A stretch of DNA of 64,000 bases, from assembly GCA_963804165.1 (NCBI GenBank), contig CAWDPO010000001.1, forward strand, positions 32,001-96,000. Reading direction: 5' to 3'. This document shows, piece after piece, positions 47,864 through 58,477 of this stretch. The notes under the pieces were generated by a model that did no database searches, was not told where the DNA came from, and saw only the letters and a list, made by a program, of their open reading frames with translations. The number at the start of each line of letters is the position of its first letter. Within the stretch, counting starts at the first letter, position 1. The position numbers were made by a program, and so were the translations under genes. The stretch comes from an uncultured delta proteobacterium. Lineage in GTDB: Bacteria; Desulfobacterota; Binatia; UBA9968.

Positions 47864-48766
47864 ATGTCGAACACCGATACAGTCGCGTTGGAGCGAATCG
47901 ACCACGGCGTAATTCCCTCCAACGATCTCGGCCGAGCCTACCGCTTTTGGTCGACCTTTATGGGCGCACGGCTTGGCTTTCATGCAAATCTCAACGCGCG
48001 AGGGCTCAATCGCGAAGTGCCGATGATCGTTTTTTTTACGGTTGCGAATCACTCCGGCTTCGGTCTCGCCTTGCAGGATTTCCGTTTATCTCCGATCCCG
48101 GCGCGCCGTCTGGAAGGTGTGGTTTGGGGTTTCGAGGTCGCCGATGATGATCTCACGGCGGCCGCCGATGAAGCCGCGAAGCAAAAGCTGCGCTGGGAAC
48201 GTGTAGCCGACTTTCCGCCGTCCAGCCCGATAAAGGAGTCGTTGTTCGTCCTCGATCCCGACGGCAACACCGTGGAGCTCTGTATTCGGAAGCAACCATC
48301 GGATTTAATCCCACAACAGGCGACCATTCCGCTGCGTCGCATCAGCCACGTGCGCATAGAAGTAACCGACCTCGAACAAGCGCGCTCTTGGTACAGCAAA
48401 ACTTTCGGTATGGTCGAAGCTGACCAAGTGCGGGCGGAAGACCAGTTGACCCTGACCGTGCCTAAATCGGGGCAGTTGGTGATCATGAGAAAAGTTGCGC
48501 AAGTCGCCGAGCGCAGCACGCAGTGCTTCAAGGGACCGCATATCGATTTACGCTCCAGCGAGGAATATTATCCGGAGATCTTGAAACGTTTCAATCGCAA
48601 GGAAACGTATTGGGGTCCAGATCCCGATCTCATCCCTTGGCATGAACCGGATCCCAACACGGCTTACGGTTACGATCCGTTCGGCAACCGCATTCAGATC
48701 GGCGTCCTCGCCCAGCGTCCGATGCACTTCGGCAACGTGTCGCGTTTCGCCAACAGCGGCCATTGA
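47864..48766 (+). CDS. Two-domain VOC (glyoxalase/extradiol dioxygenase superfamily) protein
   Basis: IDHGVIPSNDL...DPDGNTVEL and ISHVRIEVTDL...DPFGNRIQI; GAGGAG SD. Confidence 0.85.
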   Translation: MSNTDTVALERIDHGVIPSNDLGRAYRFWSTFMGARLGFHANLNARGLNREVPMIVFFTVANHSGFGLALQDFRLSPIPARRLEGVVWGFEVADDDLTAAADEAAKQKLRWERVADFPPSSPIKESLFVLDPDGNTVELCIRKQPSDLIPQQATIPLRRISHVRIEVTDLEQARSWYSKTFGMVEADQVRAEDQLTLTVPKSGQLVIMRKVAQVAERSTQCFKGPHIDLRSSEEYYPEILKRFNRKETYWGPDPDLIPWHEPDPNTAYGYDPFGNRIQIGVLAQRPMHFGNVSRFANSGH

Positions 48767-49788
48767 TAACGAAGATTCTTCCCTGTCCCGTCATGTTAAT
48801 GAAAACAGGTCCGGTCCTCATCTTCACCCTGCTCGGCGCAATTTTCATAGCGCCGCAAAATATCGATGCCGCCCACCCGGAAGAAAAAGTCCGTTTCTCG
48901 GTCGCCGCGGTCACCGGCAGCTACATGGATGAGTTCGTCGCCATCGAAAAAGGCTATCACCGCGAGGAAGGGCTGGCGGTGGAAATGATCCGCGCCGGCG
49001 GCGGTATCGCCACCCAGGCGCTGATCGCCGGCGATCTCCAATTCAGCACGTCGGCCGGCTCGGCACTCACCGCCATGCTGCGCGGCGCCGAGATCAAGGT
49101 CGTCTACACCAACATCGACCGGCCGGGCTATCAACTCTGGTCCGCACAACCGGAACTCAAGCACCTGAAAGATTTAATCGGCAAAAAAATCGGCGTCACC
49201 AGTCGCGGTGACACGCAAGAATTGTCCGTGCGCCTGTTGCTGCGCAAGCATGGCATCGACGCCAACTCCGTTGTGTATATGCCCGTGGGTTTCGGCGGCA
49301 CGCGCCTGGCCGCGCTGCAAGCCGGCACCGTCGATGCTGTGCCACTCGGCGCCGGCGACTTCGCTCAGCTCAAGCAGCCCAAAGGACACATGCTGGGCGA
49401 CACCGAAAAAGAAATCCGTTTTGCCTACGTCGGTCTGGCCGTGTCGAGTCGATTGCTGGCGCGCCAACTCAATTTGGTCGAACGTTTCTTGCGCGGCGTG
49501 ATCAAAGGCCGAGAGTACGCGCGGCGCTACCGTGAGCAGACCATTCCGATGCTCGGCAAGTACACGCAGCGCAAGCGCGAATTCAATGAAATCGACTACG
49601 ATTCAACAGTTCCGGTCTTGACCCCAGAAGGTTGGGTCAGCGATGAAGTCCTAAAGGAAGACGTCGCCATGCGGGCTGAATTGGTTGGCGTAGCCGCGCC
49701 CGCCGATTACAGCAAGTTTTTCGACTATAGCATCGTGAAAAAAATTTACCGCGATCTCAAATCGACGGGGTGGAAGGCGAGTCCGTAA
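48763..49788 (+). CDS. NMT1/THI5/TauA-type ABC substrate-binding protein
   Basis: KGYHREEGL, DLIGKKIGV, RLAALQAGTVDA, FFDYSIV; the true start may be ATG 48793 or 48799. Confidence 0.85.
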   Translation: MITKILPCPVMLMKTGPVLIFTLLGAIFIAPQNIDAAHPEEKVRFSVAAVTGSYMDEFVAIEKGYHREEGLAVEMIRAGGGIATQALIAGDLQFSTSAGSALTAMLRGAEIKVVYTNIDRPGYQLWSAQPELKHLKDLIGKKIGVTSRGDTQELSVRLLLRKHGIDANSVVYMPVGFGGTRLAALQAGTVDAVPLGAGDFAQLKQPKGHMLGDTEKEIRFAYVGLAVSSRLLARQLNLVERFLRGVIKGREYARRYREQTIPMLGKYTQRKREFNEIDYDSTVPVLTPEGWVSDEVLKEDVAMRAELVGVAAPADYSKFFDYSIVKKIYRDLKSTGWKASP

Positions 49789-49827
49789 GAACTTGCGTGG
49801 CAATGACGAACCCATATAGCCCGATAG

Positions 49828-49890
49828 TGTCATTCTGAGGCGAAGCCGAAGAATCTCGACCGAGATCCCTCGCGTGCGCTCGGGATGACA
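49828..49890. repeat. REP-like palindrome (GTCAT...ATGAC family)
   Basis: TGTCATTCTGAGgcgaagcCGAAGAATCTC-gacc-GAGATCCCTCGcgtgcgCTCGGGATGACA. Confidence 0.8.
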
Positions 49891-49931
49891 ACGTGACAGA
49901 GAGACGATTCTGATGAATTGAAGGAGAAATC

Positions 49932-51047
49932 ATGACCACTACGTATCAAGTCGCCGATATGATGATCGGAGTTCGCAACATGATCGAAGCCGCCGATCTG
50001 CGCCGCGGCGATCAAGTGCTCCTGTTGGCCGACACGCGCAGCGATAAAACCACATTGGAAGCGCTGACCGCGGGGCTGCGTTTTTTTGGCGCCGAGCCGA
50101 TGACTCTCGTCACCGAACCGATCGCGCGTTACGGCGCCGTGTCGCAGGCAGTGTTAGCGGCCATGCACGAGTCGGACGTGGTCATTTGGGTGTGGCCTGT
50201 GTTCATCACGTTCACGCCGGCGCATCGCGCCATGGGCCGCAAGCGCGAAGAAAGCGGCACCCAGCTTCGTGAAGAACGGATGAAGCCCTACCATATATAC
50301 TTCGAAGGCAATGCCGGACTTCTCGCCCGCGACTACGCGAAGTTTCCCAACAAGGTGCTGTGGAAATTGGCCGAGAAAGTGCGCGAAGTCGTCGCTGCCG
50401 GAAAAGTTGTGCGCCTGGAAGACTCGCTGGGCACGAAATTGACGGCAACTTATGACGGCAAACGCCTGTACGGCATGCAGTTTCGCGCCGGCGATCCGCC
50501 CGGACGGTGCCACTTTCCGTGGGGACGCTGCGGCGTGTTCAACGGCGATGGACAGGCCAACGGCGAAGTGTATTTGACTTGCGTCCAAGGCGTCGCCGGC
50601 AGACTGGCGGAACCGATGCGCTGGAAAGTGAAAGAGTCTTTGATCACCGAGGTAGACGGCGGCGGTGAAATCGGCGAAGAATGTAAGCGCTTGTTCAAGG
50701 ACGTTCCCGAATCGAATCGGCTGATCGAGATCATGTTCGGCTACCATCCGAAAGCGTCGGCGCAACATGGCATCAACGATCCGATGCATTGGGAGCTCAT
50801 CAGCAAAATGCCCTGGGCCGGCTTGGGGACGCCACGCAAGCATCCCAATTTTAGACATATCGACGGCTCGGTATTTAATGCACGCCTCTTCATCGATGAC
50901 CGACTCGTTGTCGACATGCACGGGATGCTCGATCGCGCGCTGCTGCACCACCCGGAAGTGCTCGATGCGGCGGCGGAGTTCGGCGATCCTTATAAAGTGC
51001 TGGCGCCGGTTTCGCATGAAGCGCACGGCTCGGGATCGAGCTGGTAG
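49932..51047 (+). CDS. M29 peptidase / NicX-fold-like protein
   Basis: GDQVLLLADTRSD, LGTKLT, ANGEVYL, IEIMFGYHPKA, RHIDG, LFIDDRLVV; AAGGAG SD; function uncertain. Confidence 0.6.
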   Translation: MTTTYQVADMMIGVRNMIEAADLRRGDQVLLLADTRSDKTTLEALTAGLRFFGAEPMTLVTEPIARYGAVSQAVLAAMHESDVVIWVWPVFITFTPAHRAMGRKREESGTQLREERMKPYHIYFEGNAGLLARDYAKFPNKVLWKLAEKVREVVAAGKVVRLEDSLGTKLTATYDGKRLYGMQFRAGDPPGRCHFPWGRCGVFNGDGQANGEVYLTCVQGVAGRLAEPMRWKVKESLITEVDGGGEIGEECKRLFKDVPESNRLIEIMFGYHPKASAQHGINDPMHWELISKMPWAGLGTPRKHPNFRHIDGSVFNARLFIDDRLVVDMHGMLDRALLHHPEVLDAAAEFGDPYKVLAPVSHEAHGSGSSW

Positions 51048-51287
51048 AGACGCGCGCGCGCAAGGCGCTTTCTTTTTGATCGAAGCGCCAGCGTTCCCTT
51101 GGAAGACTCTTCACCGGTCAACGCTAACGAGGCGGTCGCCATGAATTATCGCGCCCCCAGAAATTTGACGGCCTGGAGGTGGCTACAAACAACCCGCGCG
51201 TCGGAATGTCGGGCGCGCGCTCTGCTGCTGAAATTTTCCCGCATTCGCACTTGACCCGACAAGCGTCAATCCATTACCCTAAGGGCT

Positions 51288-52697
51288 ATGGCTACGACTG
51301 ATCCTAGAGTTGCAGTCAACATATTGTACGCTGAAGACGATCCCGCCTCTGGCCGTCTGGTAAAATCGATCGCATCCACCGAAGGATACTCCGTCATGGT
51401 GGTTCCCACTGGCGAGGAGTTCTTGCGAGCCCTGGATGACAAGCCCGACCTGATACTCCTCGATCTTCACTTACCGGATGCATCCGGGCTGGACTTGCTC
51501 GCGCGCTCGCGAGCGCGCTATCCGGACGTGCCGGCGATCGTCGCAACCGCATCAAATTCGATCAACGACCCCGTGGCCGCGCTCAAAGGCGGCGCGATGG
51601 ACTATCTCACTAAACCCATCGACCATCAGCGTCTCGTCGTCTCGCTCGCCAACGCGATAAAAATACTGCGCCAACAGCAAGACCTTACCCAGCTTCGGTC
51701 AGAGCTCAAGGAAACCTATAAACTCGAGCATATGATCGGCGGCTCGCCCGCGATGTCCCACGTTCGGGAACTGATCCGCCAGGTCGCGCCAAGCGATGCG
51801 ACCATTCTAATCATGGGCGACAGCGGCACCGGCAAAGAACTCGTCGCGCGAGCGCTTCATTATTCCAGCCCGCGAGTGGGCAAGCCCTTCATTGACGTAA
51901 ACTGCGCGGCGCTCAGCGAGACCTTGATCGAAAGCGAATTATTCGGTCATGAAAGAGGCGCGTTCACCAGCGCGATTTCGCGTCGACGCGGAAAGTTCGA
52001 GCAAGCGAACGGCGGCACGCTGTTTCTCGATGAGATCGGTGACATGCCGCTGTCGACTCAGGCAAAGATGTTGCGCGTGCTGCAGGAGCGAACGTTTCAG
52101 CGCGTGGGAGGAGAAGATAAGATTACGGTCAACGTTCGCGTCATCTGCGCCACCAACCGCAATCTTGAAGATGCGGTTCAAGCAGGAACATTCCGTATGG
52201 ACCTTTTTTATCGGGTTAATATGTTTGTGATCGAGGTCCCGCCGCTGCGTGAGCGCGCGGCCGACATTCCCGAGTTGGCTCGACATTTCTTAGCGATGAG
52301 CAGCCGATCCGGAAAATATGCCGCTCGGTCGATTTCCGACGCGGCGCTCGTCGCGCTCGGCAAACATCGTTGGCCGGGAAATGTGCGCGAGCTACAGAAC
52401 GCGATCGAACGGGCTCTGATGATTTGTCATGAGGAGGAAATCCAAACCTCACACCTGCCCCCGGCTGTGCTGCATGAACCCCGGTCCGATCCCCAACAAG
52501 CCTACAATCCCGCTAGCCTTAACGGTCAAAATTTGGTGGAAGCAGTGGAAGATTTCGAACGCTCCATGATTCTGGCCGCGTTGGAAAAATGCGACTGGAA
52601 TAAGTCCCAAGCGGCGCGACAACTCGGAGTCACGCGGCGAATCTTATCGTACAAGATGAATAATCTCGGCATCGACAAGTCCACTCTCGATCAATAG
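51288..52697 (+). CDS. Sigma-54-dependent response regulator (REC-AAA+-Fis HTH)
   Basis: LLDLHLPD, GDSGTGKE, ESELFGHERGAFTSA, LFLDEIGD, WPGNVREL, WNKSQAARQLGV. Confidence 0.95.
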   Translation: MATTDPRVAVNILYAEDDPASGRLVKSIASTEGYSVMVVPTGEEFLRALDDKPDLILLDLHLPDASGLDLLARSRARYPDVPAIVATASNSINDPVAALKGGAMDYLTKPIDHQRLVVSLANAIKILRQQQDLTQLRSELKETYKLEHMIGGSPAMSHVRELIRQVAPSDATILIMGDSGTGKELVARALHYSSPRVGKPFIDVNCAALSETLIESELFGHERGAFTSAISRRRGKFEQANGGTLFLDEIGDMPLSTQAKMLRVLQERTFQRVGGEDKITVNVRVICATNRNLEDAVQAGTFRMDLFYRVNMFVIEVPPLRERAADIPELARHFLAMSSRSGKYAARSISDAALVALGKHRWPGNVRELQNAIERALMICHEEEIQTSHLPPAVLHEPRSDPQQAYNPASLNGQNLVEAVEDFERSMILAALEKCDWNKSQAARQLGVTRRILSYKMNNLGIDKSTLDQ

Positions 52698-52767
52698 CTT
52701 AAACTGCACTGCGGGCAAATTGATGGAGTTGAGCCGTCGCCGAAATCACTGCCCACCCAGTCGCACG

Positions 52768-52998
52768 TCAAACACGCCGGCTTGGGATCCACGCCCGGCC
52801 TGACCCTAAATCGCATCTTTGTCCACTTCTGTTCGTTTTTGTAATTCGCACGCATCCCAGCGCTGAATTCACACTCATTTCTAATTGAAAATATTGAGAA
52901 TTCATCAGGTCAGGAGCGCTTAAGTTTGGCATAATGGTTGCCTGGTATTTTGTAGCATCGCAACCGAAACCGACGGCATCCTTAACCCTTTTAACCAT
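52768..52998 (-). CDS. Small hypothetical protein (76 aa)
   Basis: Extended SD GAGGAGGTGAT directly before ATG 52998; no family recognised. Confidence 0.4.
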   Translation of the reverse strand: MVKRVKDAVGFGCDATKYQATIMPNLSAPDLMNSQYFQLEMSVNSALGCVRITKTNRSGQRCDLGSGRAWIPSRRV

Positions 52999-53331
52999 CG
53001 TTATCACCTCCTCGATTGGTTATTCGCTCTGCCGTACGGTTCCGACACCGGCACAAGCTAATGACTCATCGATCTCACCAAAAGCACTGCACGCAACTGT
53101 TTGCGCTGGATCTATTCACGCCGTTGACGCTTCTCGCGCGCGTTAATTTCCGGATCCCGCCAGCTAGTCGGAAAATCACTGACAAAGGCAACGGCATCGA
53201 TCACTGCCGTGTGCGGTTTGCACACGCCCATTCTATCGATCACGCGAAGCCTGCATTTGCACTTGAAGAATGTCATCGGGATGCCGATGCAGTTAACTGT
53301 ATAGCAAGCAAATATTTGGGGAATTTCGCGA

Positions 53332-56046
53332 ATGCCCGACCATACTCCCAAGAGACTGGACAGCGAGAAAGAACAGGGCTCGATGGCGCTGTTTAGCCGA
53401 TTGCGCTTCGGTCTCGCGGCGCAAATCGTGACCGTGGTCGTGCTGATGGTTGTACTGGTCGGCGGGCTGATCAGCACCGTGATGGTGCGCCAGAGCCAAA
53501 ACATGCTGCACGCGCAGATCATCGCCAACAATCTTGCTTCCGTCGACCTTGCCGCTGAATTGGCCCACCGCTACATCGAAGGCACACAGATAGCCATCCG
53601 GCTTTTTGCCCGGAGCCCGTTCATCGAACAATCGGTGTTCAGCGGCGATTTCAGCCGCGCAAGTCCGGAGCTCCAGGAATTTCTCCGACTCAACCCGCGG
53701 GTGAACAGTTGCGGCCTGATCGACAGCAATGGCAACTACCGCGCCACGGGCACGACTCGGGCAGTAAGCCTCGGTAACTCGGCACGACACCGGGAATGGT
53801 TTCAGCACGTGATAGCGACCGGGAACGCCTATCTCGGATTGCCGACGATTACGCGCAGCAACGCCCGGCCCGTGGTTCCCTACGTCGTTCCTATTCGCAC
53901 TTCAGAAGCAGAAACAAAGGGTATGCTCATTTGCGGCATCTCGCTTGCGGCGCTCAACGACGCGTTCACAAGGTTCCAAACCGGCCCTTCCTCCCGTGCT
54001 TCTCTCACCGATCGGCGTGGTAATGGCATTATCCTAGCTGACCGGGACCGCAATCGCATCCTGGCAACGCCCACGGGACGCAACCAAGCAGTAGATCGGA
54101 TGCTCAAGGGCGAGCGCGGTGCCATCGAGACGACCGACAGCGCTGGCGAGCTGAATCTTGCAGTCTACGCACCGGTACCGGACTTGCCTTGGGGAATCAT
54201 GATTCTGCAACCGAGCAAAGCTGCCTTCGCTCCCATCCACGAAGCCGCACGGCAGGGCGCGTTTTTCATAGCCCTGCTTCTGGTACCTTCAGCGGTGGTC
54301 AGCGGATTATTGGCGCGGCGCGTGACCCGCCCGCTGATACGGCTTCGCACGGCGGCCGGCCGCCTCGCCGCAGGCGATATCGCAACACGGCTGAACCTTA
54401 CCCGACACGACGAGGTCGGCGACCTCGGCCGCGCTTTCGATCAGATGGCGATGGCGCTCGCGGACCACTCGGCACAGTTGCGGGCTGCCAACGAGGACTT
54501 GCACGCGCAATATCTCCAGGTCCAGGACGCCAATCGCTTGAAAAGCGAATTTCTCGCCAATATGTCCCACGAATTGCGCACACCGCTGAACGCCATTATC
54601 GGTTTTGCCCAACTCCTGCACGACGGTAAAGTTGGAGCGGTCAGTGCCGACCAGCGGGAATATCTTAACGATGTCCTCACCAGCGCCGATCATCTGCTCC
54701 AACTCATTAACGACGTGCTCGATCTCGCGAAAGTAGAGTCGGGCAAATTGGAGTTCGATCCCGAGCCGGTCCATCTCACGAAATTGATCGCCGAGGTGCG
54801 TAACATCCTTCAGCCTCTGGCGGCGGCCAGGCGATTAACCATCGCCGCCGAGGTCGACGATGCCGTGGAGCAGGTAGTCATTGATCCAGCGAAACTGAAG
54901 CAGGTGCTGTACAACTATCTTTCCAACGCCATCAAGTTCACGCCCGAGGAGGGACGTATCTCAGTGCGAGCGCGCATGGAGGATCGTGCGCATTTTCGTC
55001 TGGAGGTCGAAGACAGCGGTATCGGCATCCTGCCCGATGAAATGGAAAAGCTTTTTGTCGCATTTCAACAACTCGATTCGAGCACGACGAAAAAGCACCA
55101 AGGCACCGGACTCGGACTCGCTCTCACCAAAAAGATCGTCGAAGCTCAAGGCGGCCGCGTCGGTGTTCAGAGTCATCGAGGGCGAGGGAGCATCTTCTAC
55201 GTGATTTTGCCCCTAGCCGCAGATATGAAAAAATCGCCCGCGCCGGTCCATTCTGCGCCCGAGCCAGACGCGCCCACCATCCTTGTCATTGAAGACAACG
55301 AAGCGGATCTCAACTGGTTGAACCAGACTTTGACCCAAGCGGATTATCGCGTTGAGACAGCAAAGACCGGCGCCGAAGCGATAATGAAATCACAGGCACG
55401 CCTGTACGCGGCGGTTTTGCTCGATCTCATTCTGCCCGACACCGGCGGCTGGGAGATTTTGCACGCGATTCGTAGCGCCGGTCCCAACGCGAACACACCG
55501 GTAGTCGTCGTTACCGTCGTCGCCGAAAAAGGCGTGGCTCGGGGTTTTCCGGTTCAAGACTACCTGGTGAAACCGATCCAGCCCAATGCGCTCCTGCACG
55601 CGTTAAAAAACGCCGGCGTACACCCCAGGGACAACGCAAAAAAAGTCATGGTCCTGGATGACGACGCAAAAACCCTGAAACTCGCCCAGGTCGGTCTTCA
55701 AGCCGACGGCTATGAGGTTGTATGCCATCGCAGCGGCGCCAGCGCGCTTCATGATGCAGCGCAGTCAGAATTTGCCGCAGTTGTCCTGGATTTGTTGATG
55801 CCACAGATGGACGGTTTCGAATTTCTCGATCGCTTTCGCCAAATCGACAAGTGTCGAAACACGCCGGTGATTGTCTGGACGAACAAAGATATCACCAGCG
55901 CCGATTTCGAACGGCTTAAAACTTCGGCCCAGACCATCGCACTGAAGAACCGTGATGGCATCGGTACCGTGCTTAAAGCGTTGCAGCACCAAACGCCAGC
56001 GGGCGGAACCGCACCGACGATAGAAAAAACTGGAAACGCCCGTTAA
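53332..56046 (+). CDS. Hybrid sensor histidine kinase (Cache-HAMP-HisKA-HATPase-REC-REC)
   Basis: Two TM segments, DEVGDLGRAF HAMP, MSHELRTPLN, GTGLGL and two receiver domains; the start may be ATG 53383. Confidence 0.92.
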   Translation: MPDHTPKRLDSEKEQGSMALFSRLRFGLAAQIVTVVVLMVVLVGGLISTVMVRQSQNMLHAQIIANNLASVDLAAELAHRYIEGTQIAIRLFARSPFIEQSVFSGDFSRASPELQEFLRLNPRVNSCGLIDSNGNYRATGTTRAVSLGNSARHREWFQHVIATGNAYLGLPTITRSNARPVVPYVVPIRTSEAETKGMLICGISLAALNDAFTRFQTGPSSRASLTDRRGNGIILADRDRNRILATPTGRNQAVDRMLKGERGAIETTDSAGELNLAVYAPVPDLPWGIMILQPSKAAFAPIHEAARQGAFFIALLLVPSAVVSGLLARRVTRPLIRLRTAAGRLAAGDIATRLNLTRHDEVGDLGRAFDQMAMALADHSAQLRAANEDLHAQYLQVQDANRLKSEFLANMSHELRTPLNAIIGFAQLLHDGKVGAVSADQREYLNDVLTSADHLLQLINDVLDLAKVESGKLEFDPEPVHLTKLIAEVRNILQPLAAARRLTIAAEVDDAVEQVVIDPAKLKQVLYNYLSNAIKFTPEEGRISVRARMEDRAHFRLEVEDSGIGILPDEMEKLFVAFQQLDSSTTKKHQGTGLGLALTKKIVEAQGGRVGVQSHRGRGSIFYVILPLAADMKKSPAPVHSAPEPDAPTILVIEDNEADLNWLNQTLTQADYRVETAKTGAEAIMKSQARLYAAVLLDLILPDTGGWEILHAIRSAGPNANTPVVVVTVVAEKGVARGFPVQDYLVKPIQPNALLHALKNAGVHPRDNAKKVMVLDDDAKTLKLAQVGLQADGYEVVCHRSGASALHDAAQSEFAAVVLDLLMPQMDGFEFLDRFRQIDKCRNTPVIVWTNKDITSADFERLKTSAQTIALKNRDGIGTVLKALQHQTPAGGTAPTIEKTGNAR

Positions 56047-56065
56047 CGCGGGAGGATTTGAACCG

Positions 56066-58426
56066 ATGCCGAAAAAATCTCCGCCACGGCGACCAAAGAA
56101 ACGCACACAGGGACGCAATCCACCTCCAAAGATAGGACGCGGGCTGCGCACGATGCTCCTCGAAGCTTCACCGGACGCGCTGATCGCACTGAATCTCGAC
56201 GGTACCATTCTTTATTGGAGCGCCGGGGCCGAGGGCGTGTATGGCTACACCAAAGAAGAGGCGATCGGCATGCGCCTGGATGATTTAATCGTGCCGCCGG
56301 AGCTCACCGGCGACAGTGAGCAGATCACTCGGGAGACCATCGACAGTGGCGCCGCGGTGCATGAAACATTACGTCACAAAAAAGACGGCTCGACCATTTA
56401 CGTTAATGTTACCGCCAAAGCCGTGCGCGCTCAGAACGGCGACGTCGAGTTCGTCGCCGAGAATCACAAGGATGTGACCCCGCTCAAAGTCTCAAATCAC
56501 GGAAAAATGCTCGAGGCGAGATACAGCGGCCTTCTCGAATCGGTGCCCGACGCCATCGTCATGGTGAACAAGACCGGACGAATCGTTCTCGTAAACGGAC
56601 AAGCCGAAGAATTGTTCGGTTACAGCCGCGACGAACTGCTGGGAAAGCCCGTGGAAGAGTTGTTACCCAAACGTTACCGCGACGGTCACGTGGCGCACCG
56701 GACCCGTTATTTTTCCGAGCTCAAGACCCGCTCCATGGGCGCCGGTTTAGAGCTATTCGCCAACCGCAAAGACGGCGCGGAAATTCCCGTCGAAATCAGC
56801 CTGAGCCCGCTCCGAACCGCAGAAGGCGTGTTCGCCATGACCGCCATCCGCGACATCACGGATCGAAAAAAGCTCCAGGAAGAACTGCGCAAGACTAACG
56901 AAGAGCTGCAACAGCAAAACCTGTCGGCGCAACAAGCCAATCGCCTCAAGAGCGAGTTTCTCGCCAATATGTCGCATGAGCTGCGCACGCCGCTCAACGG
57001 CATCATCGGTTTCGCCGAGATCATGCATGATGAAAAAGTCGGCCCGATCTCGCCGGATCACAAAGAGTATCTGCACGACATTCTGACTAGCGCGCGCCAT
57101 CTGTTGCAGCTGATTAACGATGTCCTCGATCTCTCCAAAGTGGAATCCGGAAAGTTCGAATTCATGCCGGAAAATATCGATCCGGTGATCCTCGTCGGCG
57201 AGGTACGGGATATCGTGCGCACGCTGGCGGCCAAGAAGCGGATCAAGCTCCAAACCGAGATCCATCCCTCGCTCTCGAGCATCGAAGGCGACGCACGCAG
57301 TCTGAAGCAGATCCTTTACAATTACATCTCGAACGCTCTCAAGTTCACCCCGGAAGAAGGCGAAGTCAAAGTGAGCATCATGCCGCAAGACGCCGGCGAC
57401 TTCCGCATCGAAGTGGCCGACACCGGCATCGGCATCCGGCCGGAAGATTTGAATCGGCTCTTCGTGGAATTCCAGCAGCTCGACACCAGCAGCACTGAGC
57501 AATACGCCGGGACGGGTCTGGGGCTCGCGTTGACGAAAAGGATAGTCGAAGCACAAGGCGGCCATGTTGGCGTCAAGAGCACGCCGGGCAAAGGCAGCAT
57601 CTTTTACGCTACGTTGCCGCGAGCCAAGGGTGTAGCGGCAACGATTGTCCACGAGACGCAGGCGGTCGCGATGCCCGGCGCGCCGCTGATTCTCGTTGTC
57701 GAAGATGATGCCAGCGACCGCGCTTCCATCGCCACGGCATTGCGCGGCGCCGGTTACGCGGTCGAGGCCGTCGCCACCGGAGCCGAGGCTCTGGTGCGCT
57801 CCCGGGAGCAGCGCTTCAACGCCATCACTCTCGATATCATACTGCCGGACATGAGCGGGCGCGCCGTACTGGAGAAGCTGCGCGAGCGCGGCCTCAACCA
57901 GCAGACGCCGGTGATCATTGTGACCTTGCTGGCGCACAAGGGAGTCGTCGCCGGTTTCCAAGTCACCGATATCCTGTCAAAGCCGGTCGCCCAGAGTGAA
58001 CTCATAAAAGCCCTCGAGCGCTGCAGCGTCGCCCCCGGCAAGGTTCGGCCCATTCTTGTCGTGGATGATGACGAAACCTCTTTGCGGCTTGCCGATGAAA
58101 TGCTGCGCCAGCTCGGCTACCGGACGGTTTGCCACCAAGATGCTAAGAGGGCACTGCGGGCTGCATCCAAGGAACACCCGGCTGCGGTCGTCCTCGACCT
58201 CGTCATGCCGGAAATGACCGGCTTCGAGTTTCTCACGCGCTTTCGCAAAACCATCCGAGGCCGGCGTACTCCCGTGATTGTTTGGACCGGCAAGGACTTG
58301 ACCGACATGGAGCGCGCCGAGTTGCGCTCCGCGGCGAGTATCATCACCAGGAAAACGGAACAAGCCGAGGAACTGGTGCACGAAATCCAGAGCATTCTGA
58401 GGGCGCCGGAGAGGTTCGCACACTAA
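56066..58426 (+). CDS. Hybrid sensor histidine kinase (PAS-PAS-HisKA-HATPase-REC-REC)
   Basis: SPDALI and VPDAIVMVN PAS starts, RDITDRK, MSHELRTPLN and two receiver domains. Confidence 0.93.
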   Translation: MPKKSPPRRPKKRTQGRNPPPKIGRGLRTMLLEASPDALIALNLDGTILYWSAGAEGVYGYTKEEAIGMRLDDLIVPPELTGDSEQITRETIDSGAAVHETLRHKKDGSTIYVNVTAKAVRAQNGDVEFVAENHKDVTPLKVSNHGKMLEARYSGLLESVPDAIVMVNKTGRIVLVNGQAEELFGYSRDELLGKPVEELLPKRYRDGHVAHRTRYFSELKTRSMGAGLELFANRKDGAEIPVEISLSPLRTAEGVFAMTAIRDITDRKKLQEELRKTNEELQQQNLSAQQANRLKSEFLANMSHELRTPLNGIIGFAEIMHDEKVGPISPDHKEYLHDILTSARHLLQLINDVLDLSKVESGKFEFMPENIDPVILVGEVRDIVRTLAAKKRIKLQTEIHPSLSSIEGDARSLKQILYNYISNALKFTPEEGEVKVSIMPQDAGDFRIEVADTGIGIRPEDLNRLFVEFQQLDTSSTEQYAGTGLGLALTKRIVEAQGGHVGVKSTPGKGSIFYATLPRAKGVAATIVHETQAVAMPGAPLILVVEDDASDRASIATALRGAGYAVEAVATGAEALVRSREQRFNAITLDIILPDMSGRAVLEKLRERGLNQQTPVIIVTLLAHKGVVAGFQVTDILSKPVAQSELIKALERCSVAPGKVRPILVVDDDETSLRLADEMLRQLGYRTVCHQDAKRALRAASKEHPAAVVLDLVMPEMTGFEFLTRFRKTIRGRRTPVIVWTGKDLTDMERAELRSAASIITRKTEQAEELVHEIQSILRAPERFAH

Positions 58427-58477
58427 TGCAAAAATACGTGAGCGTGCGCCGAGACGCGGCAATTTTGGAGGTTTAGC

